DNA of 64,000 bases from Candidatus Woesearchaeota archaeon (GTDB lineage: Archaea > Nanobdellota > Nanobdellia > Pacearchaeales > UBA284), in NCBI GenBank assembly GCA_964354405.1, contig CAYGZP010000001.1, positions 15,634 to 79,633 on the forward strand, read 5' to 3'. The notes under the pieces are model-generated. The model saw only the letters and a program-made list of their open reading frames with translations, searched no databases and was not told where the DNA came from. Every line of letters begins with the position of its first letter. Position 1 is the first letter of the stretch. The position numbers and the translations under genes are program-made. Below, piece after piece: positions 57,780 to 64,000 of this stretch.

Positions 57780-58886
57780 TTATTTTGAATTCCTAAACGC
57801 ATCTTCTAAATTAATAAATTCCCCCCTATCCTTATTATAGGGCATTACTCTTAGAATATTTTGGTTATCATCAACATAAACTAAATAAGTATCTCTATCT
57901 CCCATCCTTAGGTCTTCATTTAAAGGCACTATACAAGTTATTTTAAAACAATTATTGCCCATTAGAACCACCTCTTCTAATTTTATTTTGTAAGAGTCAG
58001 TATAATCAATATTAGTATTGGGATTCTCATACTGTGTAATCTCAAAAGAAGTTGGTGTTAATCTTCTATAAGATATTGAGTCTAATCCCTCTGGAAGCGG
58101 GCACTGAGCTTTGAGATAATTCAAGATATATTCTAGAGACTTTGCAAAAATCTCTTCTTTCCACCTTTCTCCTAAATTTCCTTCTAAATTTTCCGTAGTT
58201 TGCTTTTTTATTTCATAATATCCTTCGCGCAAGCCCAAGTTCTCAAGACTTGCTAAAGGTGTAGAACTTTTGCCATGGCAAAGCCAAACATTGTCTTCTA
58301 TATATCTGGCAATTTTTCTTCCATTTCCATAAATATCGTTTTCGCCAACTGCAAAAACCATTTTCCTTGAAGCTGCAAACTCGCGAGCAGCGCCGACAGT
58401 TATTTCATCAAAAGGTGGGCTGTTAGGATAAATTCGCTTAAGTTTGTTGGGATTAAGTCTCTCATACATTCCTGCCTTGTAATTGCCATTAACGTCTCTG
58501 CCTTCATAATCTGAGGTCCATATTTTTCTACCATTCACATCTTTTATTAAAAAATCTCCAGAAGGATCTATGGCTTTTTTATCGCTCAGCGCTCTGAAAG
58601 AAGCATTGACAACAACATAATATCGTTTAAGCTCTCTTCCGGGATCATCCTTTGGGGGAATTGGATCAATAAGAGAATCTAAATAAACTTTATTAATTTT
58701 TACAGCAATATCCTCCATTATTCTCCAATAACTGCCGTCGTATCCAAACTCCCAAGAATCCCAATATTTCCAATCAACGTTATCTTTTACTCTTTCCATT
58801 TCTTCATATTCTTCTGCTTCTTGAGCTTTAATTAAAGCAGGCGTAAGAAATAGACTAGAAATTAAAAGCCAAGTTTTCCATCCCAT
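57780..58886 (-). CDS. secreted hypothetical protein
   Basis: Sec-type signal MGWKTWLLISSLFLTPALIKAQ; W/Y-rich; 368 aa. Confidence 0.4.
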   Translation of the reverse strand: MGWKTWLLISSLFLTPALIKAQEAEEYEEMERVKDNVDWKYWDSWEFGYDGSYWRIMEDIAVKINKVYLDSLIDPIPPKDDPGRELKRYYVVVNASFRALSDKKAIDPSGDFLIKDVNGRKIWTSDYEGRDVNGNYKAGMYERLNPNKLKRIYPNSPPFDEITVGAAREFAASRKMVFAVGENDIYGNGRKIARYIEDNVWLCHGKSSTPLASLENLGLREGYYEIKKQTTENLEGNLGERWKEEIFAKSLEYILNYLKAQCPLPEGLDSISYRRLTPTSFEITQYENPNTNIDYTDSYKIKLEEVVLMGNNCFKITCIVPLNEDLRMGDRDTYLVYVDDNQNILRVMPYNKDRGEFINLEDAFRNSK

Positions 58887-58927
58887 ATATTAAATAAATT
58901 TTTAAAGTTAAAAAACATTGTGGTTGT

Positions 58928-59107
58928 ATGCGATATAAAGGGGGTAAAAGCAACAAGAAAGGAAAAAAGGGCGTTGAGCGCGAAGTCATAGCATGGGTCA
59001 TAGCATTATTGGTTCTTGCGTTCGCAGTAATCTTAATATTGATTCTTAACAAACAGGGCATAAACGTCATAGATAAAATAAAAGAGTTTTTGCGCTTCGG
59101 AAGATAA
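58928..59107 (+). CDS. small prepilin-like protein (class III signal peptide); not in ORF track
   Basis: Manual translation: MRYKGGKSNKKGKKG/VEREVIAWVIALLVLAFAVILILILNKQGINVIDKIKEFLRFGR, 59 aa. Confidence 0.4.
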   Translation: MRYKGGKSNKKGKKGVEREVIAWVIALLVLAFAVILILILNKQGINVIDKIKEFLRFGR

Positions 59108-59141
59108 GCTAAAAGATAAAGATAAAAAAAAGAGTTAAAAA

Positions 59142-59774
59142 ATGTCATTTGATATATGGGTTATCATAAAGATGATTCTTGGTTTAGTTTTGGTTCTCGG
59201 AGTTGCCTATCTCCTATTCATCGGCCCTGGCAAGCAGCTTTTGATTAGTCTAGGGGTTCTCGGGGGCATGGCAAAAGAAGCTCAAGAATTCAGTGATAAC
59301 AATTTTAATGCTCTATCACAAAAAATTTCATCGTGTCAGGCAATGAAAGATTCAAACTGTTTATGCGAGATTTTTCCTTCGTGGCCAGCAACTTTTGCGA
59401 AAGATTCTGTACTTGTAATCAAAGCGACTGGAAAAGATACATTATTAGAATGGAAATATAATAATAAAGTTTACAGAACACAGATTATAAGCAACTTGTT
59501 CCTGAGCGCAAAAGAAATCGAGACAAAACAGGATATTACTTTCTCATCAACTAAAAACTTGAACTGGAAAAGCGAACCCCCAACATTTGAGCAAGAGGGT
59601 TTGGGAAGCAAGGGTTTCTTAGGTTCTCCCATAGGAAAAAAAGAGTACAAAGTCGTGAGCAGCTCAGTTTACAAAACAGAAAATGGTTTATATCTGTTAA
59701 TTTCAAGAGAAACTCAAAACAAATTATCTGAGCTAGAGCCAATGCTGAGCGCTATAAAGAAATGCAGTTCATAA
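59142..59774 (+). CDS. membrane-anchored hypothetical protein in pilus-like locus
   Basis: N-terminal hydrophobic anchor IWVIIKMILGLVLVLGVAYLLF; 210 aa. Confidence 0.35.
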   Translation: MSFDIWVIIKMILGLVLVLGVAYLLFIGPGKQLLISLGVLGGMAKEAQEFSDNNFNALSQKISSCQAMKDSNCLCEIFPSWPATFAKDSVLVIKATGKDTLLEWKYNNKVYRTQIISNLFLSAKEIETKQDITFSSTKNLNWKSEPPTFEQEGLGSKGFLGSPIGKKEYKVVSSSVYKTENGLYLLISRETQNKLSELEPMLSAIKKCSS

Positions 59775-59838
59775 AAGAAAGTTTTAAAAACAACTCGCGC
59801 TTTAAATTAAATAAATAAAACAGGAAAAAAGAGGGAAA

Positions 59839-60216
59839 ATGAATAAGAAAGCTGTTGAGATGAATGTGAACACAATAATTATAGTGATTCTTGCGATACT
59901 TGTTCTAGTGATTTTGGCTTTATACTTTACAGGAGGTATGACTAATCTTTGGCAAAAGATAACACCAATAGCTCCAAGTTATGATGTCGGCGATATCACA
60001 AGAGCAAAACAGTTCTGTGCGACTTTATGTTTGAGCAACGACAAAATTTCTTATTGTAACTATGTTGCGGCATTGCCAAAGAAAGATGCGCAAAACAAAA
60101 CAGTAGGGACAGATAATAAGCATTGCTGGGAATCTCCTATAAAAGCTTACCAAGAAGCTGAATGTAAAAATGTTGGCTTCGACGACCCAGAATTTTGTAC
60201 AGCTCCGGCAGAATAA
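59839..60216 (+). CDS. prepilin-like protein (class III signal peptide)
   Basis: MNKKA/VEMNVNTIIIVILAILVLVILALYF; Cys-containing globular domain; 125 aa. Confidence 0.5.
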   Translation: MNKKAVEMNVNTIIIVILAILVLVILALYFTGGMTNLWQKITPIAPSYDVGDITRAKQFCATLCLSNDKISYCNYVAALPKKDAQNKTVGTDNKHCWESPIKAYQEAECKNVGFDDPEFCTAPAE

Positions 60217-60246
60217 GCTTAAGCAGTAAACTCAACAAACATTAAA

Positions 60247-60429
60247 ATGCACAACAAGAAAGGCTTAGAGCTTCCTATCAATACAGTTATTATTATAATT
60301 CTTGCACTAATCACGCTAGTAATTCTTTTGTTGATTTTCTCCAGCTCGATGAGGCAAGTAGTCGGGGATTTGATGACAAAGATAAAAGGCGCTTTCGGAT
60401 TCTGGAACGCAACTCAAGTAACCCCGTAA
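60247..60429 (+). CDS. minor prepilin-like protein (class III signal peptide)
   Basis: MHNKKG/LELPINTVIIIILALITLVILLLIF; 60 aa. Confidence 0.5.
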   Translation: MHNKKGLELPINTVIIIILALITLVILLLIFSSSMRQVVGDLMTKIKGAFGFWNATQVTP

Positions 60430-60479
60430 TCAAATCAATCAAAACAAAATTTTAAATATCACAATTTAGTTCTTTATTT

Positions 60480-61571
60480 ATGGATAAAAGAGGCATTCTC
60501 TTAAAGCAGATAATAGAAATCTTAATTGCTGTTGCGATAGTCGTGATAATAATCATAGCAGCCCAAAGATTCTTCGCAACCTATTTCGGAAATCAAAAAG
60601 ATATGCAGGCAAAAGGGACTCTAGATAAAATAACCCAAATCTTAGGAAATTTGACAGAAGCTGAAACAAAGAGGTATGTGTTACAAAGTCCAGGAGGATG
60701 GTACATTGTAGCTTTCGATGCCCAGCATAATGAAAACAATAAATTCGCAAAGCCACAGAAATATGTTAATCAAAATTTGTTATGCATTTGCGACAAGAAA
60801 TGTTCAATCTGCCAGACAATAGCTCTGCCATTGATGCATAACGAGACTCTTGCATTTGTTAAGATAGGGCTTTCGGATATATGGCTAACAAATGCTAAAA
60901 CATATTACAATATTAGTAAAGTCAAGGCAACTGTTTCATCAACGCTCACAGAACAGGAAAAAACAGAAATTTCATTAAAAACCACAACAACAAATCAAGC
61001 AATAACAAACAATAATTATCAGCCAGCCATCGATTCAGCTGTAAGCAAATATTATCCAGAAGTGAAAGAATATATTGCAAATCAACAAGAATTCGCAAAA
61101 ATTATCAAAGCCATAATCGCAATAGAATCCCAAGGTGTATGGAACGCTGTAGGTAGAGATGGGGAAGTTGGCTTGATGCAGTTGATGCCGCAGACAGCCG
61201 ATGCTCTCGGTTTGAAAATTTATGATCCTGATAACAAATTCACAGGACAGGGATGGAATTTTGTAGACTCGCAATACAGCCAAACCAGTTATTACAACTC
61301 TCTCAAAACTCTTGCATCCTCAAAAACCAAGGCTGAGCTCATAGTGATAGACGAGCGCTTCGACGAAACAAAAAATATAGACGCAGCAACAAAACATTTA
61401 GTCTCATACATCAAACAATTCCAAGATTACGAACTTGCTATCATAGCATTCAACGCCGGAGGCGGCGGGGTAACAAACAACTGTAGGCCCCAAGTCATAA
61501 CAGCCTGCAATGTAAATTTTGACGGTTACAAATATTTCCAGAAAGTAAAAACAGCAATGGAGAGCGCATAA
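60480..61571 (+). CDS. prepilin-like N-terminus fused to a family-1 lytic transglycosylase (SLT) domain
   Basis: MDKRG/ILLKQIIEILIAVAIVVIIIIAA, then IIAIESQGVWNAVGRDGEVGLMQLMPQTA (catalytic E-S and GLMQ motifs) and IIAFNAGGGG (AYNAG-like). Confidence 0.6.
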   Translation: MDKRGILLKQIIEILIAVAIVVIIIIAAQRFFATYFGNQKDMQAKGTLDKITQILGNLTEAETKRYVLQSPGGWYIVAFDAQHNENNKFAKPQKYVNQNLLCICDKKCSICQTIALPLMHNETLAFVKIGLSDIWLTNAKTYYNISKVKATVSSTLTEQEKTEISLKTTTTNQAITNNNYQPAIDSAVSKYYPEVKEYIANQQEFAKIIKAIIAIESQGVWNAVGRDGEVGLMQLMPQTADALGLKIYDPDNKFTGQGWNFVDSQYSQTSYYNSLKTLASSKTKAELIVIDERFDETKNIDAATKHLVSYIKQFQDYELAIIAFNAGGGGVTNNCRPQVITACNVNFDGYKYFQKVKTAMESA

Positions 61572-61678
61572 AATGGAAACTGAAATGCTTGTAAGAATCA
61601 TTATAATCGTAGTGCTTTTTGCAACTATAGGCGCGGGAATTTTCTTTTTGCTGAAGCGCTTTGGTGTTGTTTAAATCT

Positions 61679-62023
61679 TTACCATTCTTTTATTTTTTTA
61701 ATTTGAGTTATTCTGCCTTTATCGTAATCAATCATAATTTCATAAGCGCCTTTCTCCTTTTCTTTTTGCATAATCAAAAGATGCTTTCCTTTTCCTTCAC
61801 TTTCGCTTTGCTTTTCAAAATGATAATCAATCTTTTGTCCGTCGTCATAAAAAGTTGACATTTCATAAGGATAGTTAGAATATCTAAAGTTTTTAGCACT
61901 ATCCTCCAATTTGCTAACAAGAGAAGGAGAAATATCCTTACTTCCACCACAGCCAATCAAAAAAAGCAATCCAACACCGGCCAAAAGACTTTTTAATTTA
62001 TTTTCAATTGAATTAGTTGTCAT
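61679..62023 (-). CDS. putative lipoprotein
   Basis: Probable start at internal Met (MTTNSIENKLKSLLAGVGLLFLIGC, lipobox LIGC); the ORF-track N-terminal extension up to 62197 is unlikely to be real. Confidence 0.35.
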   Translation of the reverse strand: MTTNSIENKLKSLLAGVGLLFLIGCGGSKDISPSLVSKLEDSAKNFRYSNYPYEMSTFYDDGQKIDYHFEKQSESEGKGKHLLIMQKEKEKGAYEIMIDYDKGRITQIKKIKEW

Positions 62024-62075
62024 GCACTTAATTAAAAAGGAAAGGTTTATTAAATTTATTGTTATTAAAAATACA

Positions 62076-62981
62076 ATGAAAAATAAAAGAGGCATGACAG
62101 TGCAATCCATGCTCATTGGTATTATTATCACAATTTTGTCAGCTGCGATAATTTTTCTTTTTTTGAGAGCATTTCCATTCACGAGCACAGTTGACAAAGA
62201 AGCCTGTCATAATTCTGTTATTCTAAGAAATAATGCGCTGCTCCGAGGCGAAGGCATTTTGCCTGAAACAATCCCCCTCAATTGCAAAACTCAAGATATT
62301 AAAATCTCCACATCGAATGAAGAAGTCATCAAGCGCGATATAGCCAATTCAATGTATGACTGCTGGTGGATGATGGGCGAAGGCAAGATGGACTTTTTTT
62401 CTGAAAGTGCTTGGCGTGATTGGGGGGTTCCTGGCGCCGGGACAGCAAAATCAAGCTGTGTCATCTGTTCAACAATCACTTTTGAAGAAAACGCTCAAGG
62501 CCATCAAGTTGATTTGTTAAGTTATCTCGAGCAGACAAGGGTTCCATCAAAAAATTTAACATATCTTGAATATCTTAGCCAAGAAGAAAAAGCAGAGTTA
62601 CCAACGGAAATTAAGGTAGAAAAGTTAGACACAAATCAAAATTATGCAATAGTTTTTATGTCAATAAAAGGGGCAGATATAGTGGGAGAAATTAAAAATT
62701 ATATAGGATTTGGCGGCACCACGGCCTTTTTCGTTCCTCGTCTTTTAGCTAAAGGCCTAACTAAAATAGGAGTAAAGGGAGCGACAAAACTAATTCCTGT
62801 TGTTGGTTGGATCATAGCTATAGCAGAAGCTGCCGGTCACACGATTACCTTCTTTACTTCAGCGCACGCAGCCGCAATGCACTGTGATGGTGAGCGCGAA
62901 GGTTGTAATGCTATAATTTTAACCCCGCTAACAGCATCAGACATCGCAGCCCAATGCCAAAACATAGAAAGCATTCCTTAA
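62076..62981 (+). CDS. prepilin-like protein (class III signal peptide), about 300 aa
   Basis: Probable start MKNKRG/MTVQSMLIGIIITILSAAIIFLFL, internal to the ORF-track call 61911..62981; Cys-rich globular part. Confidence 0.45.
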   Translation: MKNKRGMTVQSMLIGIIITILSAAIIFLFLRAFPFTSTVDKEACHNSVILRNNALLRGEGILPETIPLNCKTQDIKISTSNEEVIKRDIANSMYDCWWMMGEGKMDFFSESAWRDWGVPGAGTAKSSCVICSTITFEENAQGHQVDLLSYLEQTRVPSKNLTYLEYLSQEEKAELPTEIKVEKLDTNQNYAIVFMSIKGADIVGEIKNYIGFGGTTAFFVPRLLAKGLTKIGVKGATKLIPVVGWIIAIAEAAGHTITFFTSAHAAAMHCDGEREGCNAIILTPLTASDIAAQCQNIESIP

Positions 62982-62997
62982 ATTTTAATTCTATAAT

Positions 62998-63813
62998 TTA
63001 ATCTGATCCAACTTTTTTGATATTTGTTATCTTTTGTTTCCAGAAGTCTATTGTAAGTTTATAATAATCCCTTCGATCCTGGATTTTTACCATTAAACCA
63101 TAATTATGTACTCCCGTTTTTATATCTCCCCCTTCCTCTAATATATAGAAAACATTTTGTTTCGAAGATTGATCATAAATTTCTCCTGTAAGTCTGTGAA
63201 CAAAAAAATACATCCCATCTTCTAAGTCAGAGATTGTTGTTTCTTTAACTGCTTTTTCTTCTATTTCCTTTCTAACAAGGGGAGGAATTCCGCCGGGATT
63301 AATCGAAGAAAACAAATTCCCTATATTCTTCTTTACATTAGAATAAGTTTCATTAACAACATCTCCGATATTTTTTCCTTTTGGTTTGTTAGTTTGTTCT
63401 TCTGTTGGTTGTTCTTGCGATATTTTGCCCCTTCCTATTGGAACAAGTTTTATATTTTTATCAGCAATCACAAGAGTTTCTCCTTTAAAAAAATAAGAAG
63501 AAGAAGATTCAATAGACCATATGAAAGCTCCTGGGTTCAATTTGGGATCAAGATAATAATTCTTCGATCCCCACTCGTCTGAAAACATCTTATTTTTTTC
63601 TTCATACACATAATACTCCATATATTGACCATTAGTTTTTCTTAGATGATTATTTTTAGAAAACTCCCAAATGTTTCCATTATTTACATCTCTCCATTTA
63701 TGCGCCTGCATTCTCTTCAAATCTCCTTGTTCAGCATTTGCAATTTTTGGCACGCCGAGTAAGAAATATAACAAGCCTCCAAATATCAAAAAATTCCTTA
63801 ATCCTTTTCCCAT
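62998..63813 (-). CDS. secreted hypothetical protein
   Basis: N-terminal signal MGKGLRNFLIFGGLLYFLLGVPKIANA; 271 aa. Confidence 0.4.
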   Translation of the reverse strand: MGKGLRNFLIFGGLLYFLLGVPKIANAEQGDLKRMQAHKWRDVNNGNIWEFSKNNHLRKTNGQYMEYYVYEEKNKMFSDEWGSKNYYLDPKLNPGAFIWSIESSSSYFFKGETLVIADKNIKLVPIGRGKISQEQPTEEQTNKPKGKNIGDVVNETYSNVKKNIGNLFSSINPGGIPPLVRKEIEEKAVKETTISDLEDGMYFFVHRLTGEIYDQSSKQNVFYILEEGGDIKTGVHNYGLMVKIQDRRDYYKLTIDFWKQKITNIKKVGSD

Positions 63814-63874
63814 TTTTAACCCTAATCACTAAATTTATTAATACCCTTTCATTTAAAAAAATATCTGTACTAAG

Positions 63875-64000
63875 ATGATAAAGAATAAAAGAGGCTTCGA
63901 GATAGGATGGGAATTTTTCTTCAACTTGCTTTTTGTTGTAGCCATAATCATAACAGTTACTGTATGGATTAATTCTCAATCTTCCGGAGGAGCAATGAAA
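63875..64000 (+). CDS. prepilin-like protein, 5' partial (runs off window)
   Basis: MIKNKRG/FEIGWEFFFNLLFVVAIIITVTVWI. Confidence 0.4.
   Translation, partial: MIKNKRGFEIGWEFFFNLLFVVAIIITVTVWINSQSSGGAMK

Noticed and set aside
1-64000. Search for CRISPR arrays, rRNA genes, transposases and integrases
   Set aside because: No regularly spaced short direct repeats, no rRNA-like GC-rich conserved segments and no recognisable transposase or integrase motifs were seen. The repeats present (A, B, C) are irregularly spaced and tied to promoters or gene remnants rather than array-like.

Overview
AT-rich 64 kb segment that is clearly archaeal and looks like a DPANN-type small-genome archaeon, judged by gene content and style. 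Archaeal informational genes are scattered through it: TFB, aIF2-alpha, aEF-1beta, S27e, S8e, S15 (S13e), S3Ae, L44e, S10, an LSm protein, SRP54, FtsY, a RecJ/GAN-like DHH nuclease, tRNA splicing endonuclease and RNase Z. Four intron-less tRNAs are present: Gln-UUG, Leu-UAG, Val-GAC and Thr-UGU. Promoters show a recurrent BRE/TATA of the form AAACCGAAA-N-TTTATAAAT. Between these sits a large accessory load. (1) At 53.4-64 kb there is a type-IV-pilus-like locus with a FlaJ/TadC-like polytopic protein and at least six genes with class III prepilin signal peptides, one of which (60480..61571) carries an SLT lytic-transglycosylase domain; a PibD/FlaK prepilin peptidase lies at 22.5 kb. (2) A 2536-aa secreted giant protein carries an M23 (LytM-like) peptidase domain, next to a 618-aa protein with a pilin-like N-terminus. 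(3) A second giant protein (1935 aa) is built from parallel beta-helix repeats. (4) A mosaic cassette region (0.9-6.7 kb) repeats a module of TPR-lipoprotein plus secreted protein, flanked by three families of conserved non-coding repeats, and holds an MNT-HEPN pair and decayed fragments of a T9SS-like C-terminal sorting domain; an intact copy of that domain ends gene 11821..12813. (5) An archaeal-type TrpRS/TyrRS operon sits beside an extra bacterial-type TrpRS. No rRNA, CRISPR array, transposase or integrase was recognised. The most interesting hypothesis is a pilus-like surface apparatus with murein-degrading enzymes (SLT pilin, M23 giant protein) in an organism that makes no peptidoglycan, which would point to attack on or attachment to bacterial cell walls.
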